Assembly (NCBI GenBank): GCA_033764315.1 | Contig: JANRJA010000124.1 | Location: 1-25,187 of the forward strand | Reading direction: 5' to 3' | Source: Oculatellaceae cyanobacterium bins.114 | GTDB taxonomy: Bacteria; Cyanobacteriota; Cyanobacteriia; Elainellales; Elainellaceae | DNA: 25,187 nt | Notes under the pieces: model-generated | Told to the model about the DNA's origin: nothing | Seen by the model: only the letters and a program-made list of their open reading frames with translations | Databases searched by the model: none | In this document: in pieces, positions 1 through 9,119 of the stretch | Layout of the letters: each line of letters starts with the position of its first letter | Position numbering within the stretch: the first letter of the stretch is position 1 | Program-made: the position numbers and the translations under genes

Positions 1-165
1 CGCATCCCTAGCCTCAGCTACAGCCACATCTACAGCTACACCCACAACCCAAGCCACAACAAAAGCCACAGCTACAGCCGCAGCCTTAGCTCCAGCCCCA
101 GTCTCACCCCCAGTCCCAGTCGCAGTCCCAGCCACAGTCCCAGTCACAACCCAAGCCACAGTCAA
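1..165 (-). repeat. 6-nt periodic low-complexity coding repeat (VA/AV/GT dipeptides)
   Basis: Minus strand reads GTGGCT/GGGACT/GTAGCT units, encoding TVAWVVTGTVAGTATGTGG...AVAVAFVVAWVVGVAV. Confidence 0.7.
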
Positions 166-1213
166 AATCCATAGCCACCAAGGAGCAACCGTGAAAGAAA
201 GAACACTACCTATAACGGTATATCCCAATATAGAGAAAGCTAACCACCGCCAAGGTAAACGTCTCCAGGGGAATTGATGAGGTTGCCTCTGCTGTGAAGA
301 CGCATACTTACTAGGTAAAGATGCGTATAGAATTGAGGCAGATTGTTGATTCTGTTGTCGTTCTAATGCTTGCTGTAGTTCTTGGTGAAATCTTGCCTGT
401 TCTGCTTCCCGTTTTTCTTGCTCTCGCTTCTGTTGCCGCTCCCGTTCAATCTGGCGTAATCTTTCCTGCTCTGCTACTTGACGTTGTCCCTCTAATTCTT
501 CTTTTTCAGCTTGTATACGCGCAACGATCGCCCCTTCAATTTGCTCTACATCGCGATCGCTCAATCCCGAATCTACTTGTAACCGTTGCCTAGCCGTCTC
601 ATCTAAGGGAAAGCCGTGTTGGGCGATCGCCTGTTCAAATGCTTGCAAATAGTTGAGACGTTGTTGCTCCCTCTCTTCAGCTTGTCGTTCCAACTCTAGC
701 CGTCGTTGTCGTTCCTCTTCAGCTTTTTGAGCAGCGATTTTGGCTTCTTGCTGTTTGCGTCGTTCATCTAGCAATCTTTCTACGACTTCCCAAGACATCA
801 GCATATGCCTCATCCTCATCTCGGTAGCTAGAGATTGGTTTAGCTCCAGTTGGGAGAACTTGTAATTTGCTAAAGGGCAAATCAGAGACATTCCAGAGGC
901 AAGACTTCAAGATGACTGGAATGACATGGGCTTTCCCGACGTTGTGGCGATCGATCGCCCGTTTTAACTCAGTTTCAGAGCAATAGTCAGATGCCAAAAA
1001 CCTTGCACTGACCAACAGCAAAATAATGTCGGAAGTCTCCAATTTCTCTAGCAGCGTTTTCTCCCACTCGCTACCGGGTTCGAGTTGCAGATCGCACCAG
1101 GTCACGATCTTGCCACTGCGTCTCAAATGAGACAGGTGATCGTCCAAGCGATCGCGCATCTCTCGATCTTGACGAGAATAGGAGTAAAACACGCGAATGG
1201 CTGGGTCTGTCAC
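1..1213 (-). pseudogene. TIR domain + coiled-coil + membrane protein, frameshifted near 793; 3' end runs off the window
   Basis: GTG at 1213 with GGAGG RBS. TIR motifs VFYSYSRQD, SDIILLLVSARFLASDYC-E, VIPVIL. The frame stops at 764, but a shifted frame is open from 792 to 1 (WEVVERLLDERRKQQEAK..., E/Q/R-rich coiled coil, then hydrophobic WRWLAFSILGY...). Confidence 0.75.
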
Positions 1214-1302
1214 CTGCTCCTCCGACGGGATGTGGATAATCCTTTTGCCCTATTCTAATCGTCTCACCAGAGGTTAAGGGAATTTTTCCTTGAAGGCGAT
1301 CG

Positions 1303-1566
1303 CTATTCATCTGGTTCGTCGTCATCGGGCAACGTTTCCATCTCGTTAGCAATCAACTCCTGAAAGTCGTGATCACAATGAACATGCAGATGAATCGTAG
1401 CAGACAGAAGTTCGGCTAAGATTTCGGCTTGTTGTGTTGCGGTTAAGTGTGGCAACTGAAGTTGATTGATTAAAGCCGTGACGTTACGGCATTCGTTGCC
1501 CAACTCGTTAATTAACCCCTTCAAGGTAGGATTTGTAATTGCAATGGGGCGATTGCTAACTTGCAT
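1303..1566 (-). CDS. Hypothetical protein with acidic C-terminus, second gene of a small pair
   Basis: 87-aa ORF, GGAGG RBS within the end of the upstream gene, 3-nt gap to 1570-1755. Confidence 0.7.
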   Translation of the reverse strand: MQVSNRPIAITNPTLKGLINELGNECRNVTALINQLQLPHLTATQQAEILAELLSATIHLHVHCDHDFQELIANEMETLPDDDEPDE

Positions 1567-1569
1567 CTT

Positions 1570-1755
1570 TTACCTCCCTAACCGTTTTTGAGCTTGCTGA
1601 ATACCCTTTTCAAACGCGCGAATTTCCTTTTCCCAGTGTGCAATCAATCCCTCATCGGGGTTGTCCTTTTCATATTCCAATCTAATCTTTTCTTGATGTT
1701 CAGCAATCCGTTGAGTCAAGCTACGGATTGCTTTTTTGTGATTCTTTTTACCCAT
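1570..1755 (-). CDS. Small basic helical hypothetical protein
   Basis: 61-aa ORF with IAEHQEKI...PDEGLIAHWEKEI; tightly linked to the next ORF. Confidence 0.7.
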   Translation of the reverse strand: MGKKNHKKAIRSLTQRIAEHQEKIRLEYEKDNPDEGLIAHWEKEIRAFEKGIQQAQKRLGR

Positions 1756-1815
1756 TCAGTTAAAAATTACCCTTAAAAAGATTGTAATCGAGGTTAAGAG
1801 GATGGTAATGCTTGA

Positions 1816-2327
1816 TATGCGTTGTGTCATGCCAACCCAGAGTTACAGCTAGAACGCACCGCAAAAGGAGAGCTGATTATTGTGCCACCTGTGGGAGGAG
1901 AGGGCGGCAACCGAGAAGCAAACCTGATCACAGATTTGGGGATCTGGAATCGACAGACGGGTTTAGGCAAAGTGTTTAGCTCTTCTACCATTTTTAGCCT
2001 GCCAAATGGAGCCGATCGATCGCCCGATGCGGCTTGGGTTCGGTTAGACCGATGGCATGCGCTGACTCCAGAACAGCAGCAAGGTTTCCGCCGATTTGTC
2101 CTGATTTTGTGATTGAGTTACGCTCTCCCAGCGATCGCCTGAAGCCGTTGCAAGACAAAATGCAAGAGTACCTGGACAATGGCTTGCAGTTGGGCTGGTT
2201 GATTAATCCTCAAGGTAAGCAGGTTGAAATCTATCGCATGAACCAACCTGTTGAAGTGGTTGCAATGCCAGTGATCTTGTCTGGAGAGGGAGTTCTGTCA
2301 GGTTTCACGATGGCAGTGGACGAGTAG
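1816..2327 (+). pseudogene. Uma2 (DUF820) family endonuclease, 5' truncated and frameshifted
   Basis: LCHANPELQLERTAKGELIIVPP...RSPDAAWV in one frame and PPICPDFVIELRSPSD...LGWLINP in another; about 1 nt lost at ggtttccgccg (2083-2093). An in-frame TGA lies just upstream of YALCH. Confidence 0.85.
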
Positions 2328-2387
2328 GGCGATCGCTTGAGACACACCGATTAGAATAAAGAGATTCTTCAAGAGAACCCTCCTGCT

Positions 2388-2571
2388 ATGTTTGCCCTCG
2401 TTTCTCCTGAAAAGATTCAATTGCCACCAGGTTCTGTGGTGCGATTGCCCGCCACTTGGGATGAGTATCAAGCTCTAAACAGCCATCGCTCGCTGCATCC
2501 AATTGGCGTACGATCGCAACACGAGTACTGCCATTCGTGATTTAAAGCAGCAATTGCGTGATGGCAACTAA
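2388..2571 (+). pseudogene. Second Uma2-family gene remnant with a large internal deletion
   Basis: N-terminus MFALVSPEKIQLPPGSVVRLPATWDEYQAL is joined out of frame to AIARCIQLAYDRNTSTAIRDLKQQLRDGN*; both resemble the ends of cyanobacterial Uma2 proteins. Confidence 0.65.
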
Positions 2572-2690
2572 CAGGCGATGAGCGTAGGATAGGCAAACAC
2601 CAGCCACCACAGGGCGATCGCCAAAACTAATGCACACAGTTGCACAACTGTTTCTAATGTTGGGCTAGGGCGTATCACTGTGGCAAACAT
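2568..2690 (-). CDS. Putative 40-aa single-pass membrane protein
   Basis: ATG at 2690 preceded by GGGAGGGAG; MFATVIRPSPTLETVVQLCALVLAIALWWLVFAYPTLIAC*. Confidence 0.45.
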   Translation of the reverse strand: MFATVIRPSPTLETVVQLCALVLAIALWWLVFAYPTLIAC

Positions 2691-3086
2691 AACTCCCTCC
2701 CTATTCCATTTACAAAAGGATGTTCAGCTTGCCTCAAGCATTGCGGGGTGAGGGTTAGAACATCTTTACTATGCTTTTATTGTCGCTCTAAATTCAGGGG
2801 GCAATCGCTAATTTTTGCAACATTGAGACAGCCCACAGGCATGTTTGACACTGCAATAGAGCAATGACTACAGGTTCATTCATCAAGCAGGCTTGGCGTG
2901 AGCGTAATCGGATCACCCCATTTCGCAAAAACTATTGAGAATCTTTAAATCAGATAGAGAAACCATCCCGTAGAATTAGTGTTTTACACGCTTGAAGGAC
3001 ATCCAAAATGACTGAGTCAGTGCTGGAGTTCTGCAAGGCACTGATGCTCAAAGGGTTTGGGGTCTTGGCTGTTGGAGAGTAAACGA

Positions 3087-4412
3087 ATGAAGAAAATATT
3101 TGTCCTCGATACCAATGTGTTGTTACATGATCCAACGGCAATGCTGAGGTTTGAAGACAATGATGTGGTGTTGCCCATTACAGTGATTGAGGAACTCGAT
3201 CGCTTTAAAAAGCAACCCGAAGTGACAGGTCGCAACGCTCGTCAGGTTTCCCGCAGTCTCGATATGTTGCGTCAACATGGGCACCTGACCGATGGGATTG
3301 AGATGAGAGGAGGCGGCACCCTGCGCGTTGCCTTATGCCATCGGCAAACCCTCCAAGAACTGCCCACTGAGTTAGAAGGCGATCGCGGAGATAACTCAAT
3401 CCTGGCACTCGCGTTAGAACTCAAGCGGCAATGTGACTGTCCGGTGGTGATGGTCAGCAAAGACACTAATTTGCGCATTAAAGCGGATGCATTGGGCTTG
3501 TCTGCTCAAGATTATGAGAGCGACAAGGTGGATGTAGATGAGCTGTATACAGGAACAGCTGAGGCTTTAGTGTCACCAGAGGCGATCGCCCAATTTTATC
3601 AACAGGGGTCTGTCAAGCTAGATGGGGAGTTTTTAGCCAACGAAGCATTGACGCTGGTGGATGCGACCAATCCTTCACACACCGCACTGGGAATCGTAGA
3701 TGGAGTGACTCACCAGGTCATCTCGTTGAACCAACAACCCTCGTCTGGGGTTTCTCGCATTCGTGCCCGCAATCGTGAACAAAAGTTTGCGCTGGAGTTA
3801 TTGCTGCGGGATTCCATTCAATTGGTGACGCTGGTAGGCAAAGCCGGAACAGGTAAGACCCTATTGGCGATCGCGGCTGGGCTTCACAAAGTGGCAGATG
3901 AGAGGCTTTATAGTCGTTTGTTAATTTCTCGTCCGGTAGTGCCAATGGGTCGTGATTTGGGCTTTTTGCCCGGTGATGTCAATGAGAAGCTGACTCCGTG
4001 GATGCAACCACTGTATGACAATTTTGATTTGATTTTGGGGACACAAGACCAGTCTGATAAACCTCGTTATCACCGTCGAGGCTATGAGGAACTGATGGAG
4101 ATGGGGTTTCTGCAAATTGAGCCGTTGACCTACATTCGCGGACGCACCATTCCCAAGCAGTTTTTGATTGTAGATGAAGCCCAAAACCTCACTCCCCATG
4201 AAGCCAAAACCATTTTGACGCGAGCCGGTGAAGGCACAAAAATCATTCTTACTGGCGATTTAGAGCAAATTGACAACCCCTATGTCGATGCAGCCAGTAA
4301 TGGCTTAACTTATGTCATCGAACGTTTTAAAGGAGAAGCTTTAGCGGGTCATATAACTCTCTCTAAAGGAGAGCGATCGCCCCTGGCAGAAAGAGCAGCG
4401 ACCTTGCTCTAA
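3087..4412 (+). CDS. PIN-domain PhoH-family ATPase (PhoH2/YlaK-like)
   Basis: PIN start FVLDTNVLLHDP, Walker A GKAGTGKT, YIRGRT, DEAQN, GDLEQID. Probable ATG at 3087 after GGAGAG. Confidence 0.93.
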   Translation: MKKIFVLDTNVLLHDPTAMLRFEDNDVVLPITVIEELDRFKKQPEVTGRNARQVSRSLDMLRQHGHLTDGIEMRGGGTLRVALCHRQTLQELPTELEGDRGDNSILALALELKRQCDCPVVMVSKDTNLRIKADALGLSAQDYESDKVDVDELYTGTAEALVSPEAIAQFYQQGSVKLDGEFLANEALTLVDATNPSHTALGIVDGVTHQVISLNQQPSSGVSRIRARNREQKFALELLLRDSIQLVTLVGKAGTGKTLLAIAAGLHKVADERLYSRLLISRPVVPMGRDLGFLPGDVNEKLTPWMQPLYDNFDLILGTQDQSDKPRYHRRGYEELMEMGFLQIEPLTYIRGRTIPKQFLIVDEAQNLTPHEAKTILTRAGEGTKIILTGDLEQIDNPYVDAASNGLTYVIERFKGEALAGHITLSKGERSPLAERAATLL

Positions 4413-4482
4413 ACTAGTTCTGCTTTCAAGGAGTTTGTCGCTATAGTCAAATAACGACACTGTTCAATCGCTAGTCTTGTCC

Positions 4483-5205
4483 ATGACTCAAGAGGCACTA
4501 CCTCTATACCTCCAGATTGCCAACGAGCTTCGACGCAACATTGCAGACGCGATTTATCAGTTGGGCGATCAACTCCCCACTGAAGCTGAGTTGAGCATTC
4601 GTTTTGGGGTCAATCGTCACACACTACGACGAGCCATTGAGATTTTGCGCAATGAAGGACTGGTGCGCATCGATCGTGGGCGAGGCACCTTTGTTGCTTC
4701 TGCTCCCATTACCTACCCCATTGGTAAGCGAGTCCGATATAACGAGGCCCTCAAGGCTCAAGGCTTAAATGTGAGCCGCAAAGTGTTATATGTAGCTGAG
4801 ATTTTTGCTGATTCGTCGCTTGTCAAGCGTCTAGAGTTGGGCTTGGGGGATGGGGTGATTTTGCTAGAACGGTTAAGTTTGGCAGATGAGCGACCCATTA
4901 GTGTGAGTACCAGTTACTTTCCATCGGCTCGATTTCCTCACTTTGCCGAACATTGCCAGTCTTATCACTCCATCTCAAAACTGTTGCAACATGAATATGG
5001 CTGTGACCACATTCGTCGCAGCACCCGCATTTCTGCCCGCACGGTGCAACCCAAAGATGCCAAGTTGCTAGAACTGCCCCTCAACGCCCCCATTTTGTTA
5101 ACCGAATCGGTCAATGTCGATCAACAGGGTCAGGTGATTGAATATGGGGTGACGCGCTTTCGGGGCGATCGCATGGAGTTAGTATTTGACAATGAAGTCA
5201 ACTAA
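4483..5205 (+). CDS. phnF: Phosphonate regulator PhnF (GntR/HutC family, UTRA domain)
   Basis: LPTEAELSIRFGVNRHTLRRA HTH, YPIGKRVRY, TRFRGDR; directly upstream of phnC. Confidence 0.92.
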   Translation: MTQEALPLYLQIANELRRNIADAIYQLGDQLPTEAELSIRFGVNRHTLRRAIEILRNEGLVRIDRGRGTFVASAPITYPIGKRVRYNEALKAQGLNVSRKVLYVAEIFADSSLVKRLELGLGDGVILLERLSLADERPISVSTSYFPSARFPHFAEHCQSYHSISKLLQHEYGCDHIRRSTRISARTVQPKDAKLLELPLNAPILLTESVNVDQQGQVIEYGVTRFRGDRMELVFDNEVN

Positions 5206-5224
5206 TTCACCTCATTGGAGGAAG

Positions 5225-5265
5225 CTTGAGAAAAGCTTAACCTGAACTTTCTTCCTACTTAAGAT
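5225..5265 (+). promoter_or_regulatory. Pho box (SphR-type repeats)
   Basis: CTTGAGAA, CTTAACCT, CTTTCTTC and CTTAAGAT start at 5225, 5236, 5247 and 5258, an exact 11-bp period. CTTAACCT matches the cyanobacterial PyTTAAPyPy(T/A) box. Confidence 0.75.
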
Positions 5266-5295
5266 ACATGCCAGAGGATATTAGCAATGCAATAA

Positions 5296-5327
5296 GTCCA
5301 GATGTCTAGATATTTCAGATGTCTGGA
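5296..5327. promoter_or_regulatory. Putative PhnF operator upstream of phnC
   Basis: GTCCAGATGTCTAGATA...AGATGTCTGGA; the AGATGTCTAGA core is identical to the site upstream of phnG. Confidence 0.65.
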
Positions 5328-5398
5328 GATCGTGCAGATTGATCACACCTTAATGATTTGGTTTTCTGACCCCAGAAAAACCGTGAGCACAGCAGGTT

Positions 5399-6223
5399 AT
5401 GCAAGACCAACTAACACCCAATGCAGTTGAAATCAGAGATTTAACAAAGTCATTTAAGGTGCAATCGGCGGCCAAGATTGATGTCCTTAAGAAAGTCAGC
5501 TTTTCAGTCGCACGAGGAGAGAGGGTTGCTTTAGTTGGAGCATCTGGTTCCGGTAAATCTACTCTGCTCCGAATTCTCAATGGTCTTCACCAGGCTGATA
5601 GTGGCACAGTTGAGATTTTTGGCATGCCCATTCAAGCCGAGGGCAAGATGCACTCTAAGGTCAGACGACTGCGGAGCCAGATTGGCTTTATCTTTCAACA
5701 GTTCAATCTGGTGAGCCGTCTAACCGTGATTGAGAATGTGTTAGTTGGTAATCTCGCTAATGTTTCTCCAGTGCAATCCATTTTTCGGTGGTTTTCTAAA
5801 GAAGACAGAGAGAGAGCACTGTCGGCATTAGAGCGAGTCGGCATTTTGAATCAGGCTTATAAACGCGCCTCAGCGTTGTCGGGGGGGCAACAACAACGGG
5901 TGGCGATCGCTCGTTGTCTCATGCAAGGAGCCGAGATTATTCTGGCAGACGAGCCCATTGCCTCCCTCGATCCAGAATCCGCTCGCAAAGTGATGGAGTT
6001 GTTGGTCTATCTCAACCGTGAGCATGGCATTACGGTGATTACATCGCTGCATCAGGTGCAAATGGTGCGGCACTACTTCGACCGGGCGATCGCCTTACAA
6101 GGGGGCGAAGTACGGTTTGATGGCAAAACAACCGACCTAGACAACACCCGACTCAATGAGATTTATGGCTCAGCGGCTGAGGAATTAGTGCTATCTGGAC
6201 ACAGTGAAGCCTTAGTTCACTAA
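5399..6223 (+). CDS. phnC: Phosphonate ABC transporter ATP-binding protein
   Basis: GASGSGKST, IFQQFNLV, LSGGQQQRVAIAR, ILADEPIASLDP. Confidence 0.95.
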   Translation: MQDQLTPNAVEIRDLTKSFKVQSAAKIDVLKKVSFSVARGERVALVGASGSGKSTLLRILNGLHQADSGTVEIFGMPIQAEGKMHSKVRRLRSQIGFIFQQFNLVSRLTVIENVLVGNLANVSPVQSIFRWFSKEDRERALSALERVGILNQAYKRASALSGGQQQRVAIARCLMQGAEIILADEPIASLDPESARKVMELLVYLNREHGITVITSLHQVQMVRHYFDRAIALQGGEVRFDGKTTDLDNTRLNEIYGSAAEELVLSGHSEALVH

Positions 6224-6319
6224 AAGCATCGATTCGCTCTAGTCCTGACGCCTTGACAGAGTTCGCATGGCTCACACGACGTTGATTATTTAGTCTCAGT
6301 TATTCACGAGAGGAACGTT

Positions 6320-7372
6320 ATGTTGAAACGACTGTTTACAAAATCGACTGCGGCTGCAACTGTTGCCCTGATTGCTGCAAACTTACTCGCCAGTTGCACA
6401 ATTCCACCTCAAGAAACCAGTTCGGCTGATTCTGCTAGCCCTGCCGCTGAAGGTGCAGCGTGTGCAGCTGAGATTCCTGAAATCGAATTTGGCATTATCT
6501 CAACTGAGTCTCAAGAAAACCTGAAGACTCAGTGGGAACCATTTTTAGATGCGATGGAAGCTGAAATTGGTCGTCCTGTAACCGGGTTTTATGCCACAGA
6601 CTACGCAGGCGTGATTGAGGCAATGGGCGCAGGCAAACTACAAATCGCCTGGTATGGCGGCAAGTCTTATGTCACAGCCGCAGAGCGGTCTAACGCCGAA
6701 GTGTTTGCTCAAACGGTTAACTCTGATGGCACTCAAGGCTACTACTCCTATCTAATCACTAATGTCGATAACCCAATTTTGAAAGAAATCGACGTTCAGA
6801 AAGGCGATGGCGATCAATACGTGGTTAAGAATGCAGCTAATTTGACCTTTGCTTTCAACGACCCCGAATCAACCTCTGGATTCTTGGTTCCCAGCTACTA
6901 CGTTTTTGCCCAAAATAACGTTAACCCCAATGAAGCTTTCAAAGAGTTGATCTTTGCTGGAAGCCACGAAGCAACGGCTCAAGCGGTTGCTAACAATCAG
7001 GTTGATGTTGCCACCAACAACAGTGAATCGTTGGCCAAGTTGGAAGAGTCAGACGCCGCAGCGCGAGCAAAAATTCAGGTCATCTGGACTTCTCCTATCA
7101 TCCCCAGTGACCCGATCGCCTATCGCAATGACTTGCCCGACTGTCTCAAAGAAGATATTCGTGAGTTTTTCTATAGCTACAACGATGCAGCGGTATTAGA
7201 ACCTCTGGGTTGGTCTAAGTTTGTTGAAGCAGAAGATTCACAATGGGACACTATTCGCGAGTTAAACATTGCGAAAGAAATTCTGGAAGTGCAGAATGAT
7301 GCAAACCTCAGTGAAGCTGACAAACAAGCTCGTCTAGATGAACTCAACACACAACTAGAAGCGTTGAAATAG
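6320..7372 (+). CDS. phnD: Phosphonate ABC transporter substrate-binding lipoprotein
   Basis: Lipobox LLASC, FGIISTES, ATDYAGVIEAM, STSGFLVP, GSHE, IPSDP. Confidence 0.93.
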   Translation: MLKRLFTKSTAAATVALIAANLLASCTIPPQETSSADSASPAAEGAACAAEIPEIEFGIISTESQENLKTQWEPFLDAMEAEIGRPVTGFYATDYAGVIEAMGAGKLQIAWYGGKSYVTAAERSNAEVFAQTVNSDGTQGYYSYLITNVDNPILKEIDVQKGDGDQYVVKNAANLTFAFNDPESTSGFLVPSYYVFAQNNVNPNEAFKELIFAGSHEATAQAVANNQVDVATNNSESLAKLEESDAAARAKIQVIWTSPIIPSDPIAYRNDLPDCLKEDIREFFYSYNDAAVLEPLGWSKFVEAEDSQWDTIRELNIAKEILEVQNDANLSEADKQARLDELNTQLEALK

Positions 7373-7443
7373 TCTTAACCGCTCAACTATTGCGACTTAA
7401 AAATCGTGATTGAAGTGTTCACGCTCGACCGTTGGTAGTTCAC

Positions 7444-7504
7444 AGTCAATGGTCATTAGTCAGCGGTTCGTTGAACTAGATTGGCTATGACCATTGGCTT
7501 TTTT
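7444..7504 (+). terminator. Long stem-loop plus T-run between phnD and phnE
   Basis: AGTCAATGGTCATTAGTCAG...TTGGCTATGACCATTGGCT pairs (with G-U pairs), followed by a T-run. Confidence 0.6.
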
Positions 7505-7618
7505 AGGTAGGAAGGCAGGATTTTTGAATAGCCATGCTATGGTCTCAAACCATAGATCTGCAAGCATTCAATCTACAAGATTTCTAATTTATTGCGTCCG
7601 ATCTCGTCGCCTAAAGCT

Positions 7619-8452
7619 ATGCAAGACAAAAAACCCTTAACATCGCCCAATGCCTCTTCATCGCTAACGGTGCAAGACATGTTAGATCGAGAGGAGAAAC
7701 TGGTTACCCCCATCCGCATTGGTTATCTCATCGTCGCGATCGCCCTTCTAATCTATGCTGGCTTCAAAAGTGACCTGAGCTTTGGCGAACTGTTTGAGGG
7801 TGGGGGAAATATGGCAGAGTACATCACTCGCTATTTTCCACCCAATTTCACGAACTGGCGGCTTTATTTACAAGACACCATTGAGACCATTTCGATGGGG
7901 GTATGGGGAACGTTGTTAGCGGCGATCGTCGGGGTGCCTCTATCCATCCTGGCTTCAGAAAATATCTGCCCCAACTGGATTGTGTTTCCAATCCGTCGGC
8001 TTCTAGATGCGATGCGGGCGATTAATGAAGTGGTGTTTGCGTTAATCTTTGTCATTGCAGTCGGTCTAGGGCCGTTTGCAGGAGTGTTAGCTCTGTTTGT
8101 CCACACCGCCGGAACCCTGGGTAAGCTGTTTTCAGAGGCGATCGAAGCGATCGAACCAGGGCAGGTCGAGGGCATTCGGGCGACGGGAGCCAGCAAATTG
8201 CAGGAAATTGTGTTTGGGGTGATTCCTCAAGTCTTACCTCTGTGGACTTCATTTACACTCTACCGATTTGAGGCAAATGTGCGCTCTGCCTCAGTTTTGG
8301 GAATTGTTGGGGCAGGGGGCATCGGCGTTTCGCTATATCAAAGTTTCCGCTCGTTTAAATATCCCCAGGTCTGCGCGATTTTGATTATCTTGATCGTGTC
8401 TGTTTCGTTGATTGACACCCTTTCTGCCAAAATTCGCCAGAAGCTAGTTTAG
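7619..8452 (+). CDS. phnE: Phosphonate ABC transporter permease
   Basis: GLGPFAGVLAL, GKLFSEAIE, YRFEANVRSASVLGIVGAGGIG. Probable ATG at 7619. Confidence 0.94.
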   Translation: MQDKKPLTSPNASSSLTVQDMLDREEKLVTPIRIGYLIVAIALLIYAGFKSDLSFGELFEGGGNMAEYITRYFPPNFTNWRLYLQDTIETISMGVWGTLLAAIVGVPLSILASENICPNWIVFPIRRLLDAMRAINEVVFALIFVIAVGLGPFAGVLALFVHTAGTLGKLFSEAIEAIEPGQVEGIRATGASKLQEIVFGVIPQVLPLWTSFTLYRFEANVRSASVLGIVGAGGIGVSLYQSFRSFKYPQVCAILIILIVSVSLIDTLSAKIRQKLV

Positions 8453-9091
8453 GTAAATGGCTTCAACCACCATCAACTCCCATAGCCACCCAAAACGCAC
8501 TTTTTGCGATCGCACGATTTGAAACTGATTTGAGGTCAATAGGGTATGGAGTTCTGCCTGGGTATAACACTGCTTGTGAGCCGGGTCGAACCACTGCAAC
8601 ACCCAATCGCACATCTGACACACCCAAGAGTCTCGGCACCAATCGAGCAATAGCAGTTTGCCATTGGGTTTGAGCACCCGTTGCATCTCTTGCAAAACAG
8701 TGTCTGGTTGGTCGAAATAGTGAAACGAATTTGCTGAGAGCACTACATCAAATTGACAACTTTGAAATGGTAGCGATCGCGCTGTTGCAACTTGAAATGC
8801 AATATTTGGAAAACTTTTTAGTTTCTGCTGGGCTTGTCTCAACATTTCATCAGAGATATCTACACCCGTGATGGATTGTTGTGGATTTTGAGTGAGTAAT
8901 AATCGCTCTAGTTCTCCAGTGCCACAGGCAATATCGAGCACGATCGCACTCGGAGCTAACTGCATCCAGTCTTTAAAGAACACCAGTGTATTCGTGATGT
9001 ATTGTTGCCAGCGGCGATCGTATTGCGTTGCCAATTGATTATATTGCTGCCGAACAGTGGCTTCTATCTGGCTTTCAACATGTTGAGTCAT
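8444..9091 (-). CDS. Class I SAM-dependent methyltransferase
   Basis: VLDIACGTG, GVDIS, RVLKPNG; 3' end overlaps phnE by 9 nt convergently. Confidence 0.88.
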   Translation of the reverse strand: MTQHVESQIEATVRQQYNQLATQYDRRWQQYITNTLVFFKDWMQLAPSAIVLDIACGTGELERLLLTQNPQQSITGVDISDEMLRQAQQKLKSFPNIAFQVATARSLPFQSCQFDVVLSANSFHYFDQPDTVLQEMQRVLKPNGKLLLLDWCRDSWVCQMCDWVLQWFDPAHKQCYTQAELHTLLTSNQFQIVRSQKVRFGWLWELMVVEAIYLN

Positions 9092-9119
9092 AGATGAGTC
9101 ATAGAGTTGATGAGATGGG

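Noticed and set aside
321-593. 90-aa hydrophobic ORF on +
   Set aside because: Antisense shadow of the E/Q/R-rich coiled coil on the minus strand.
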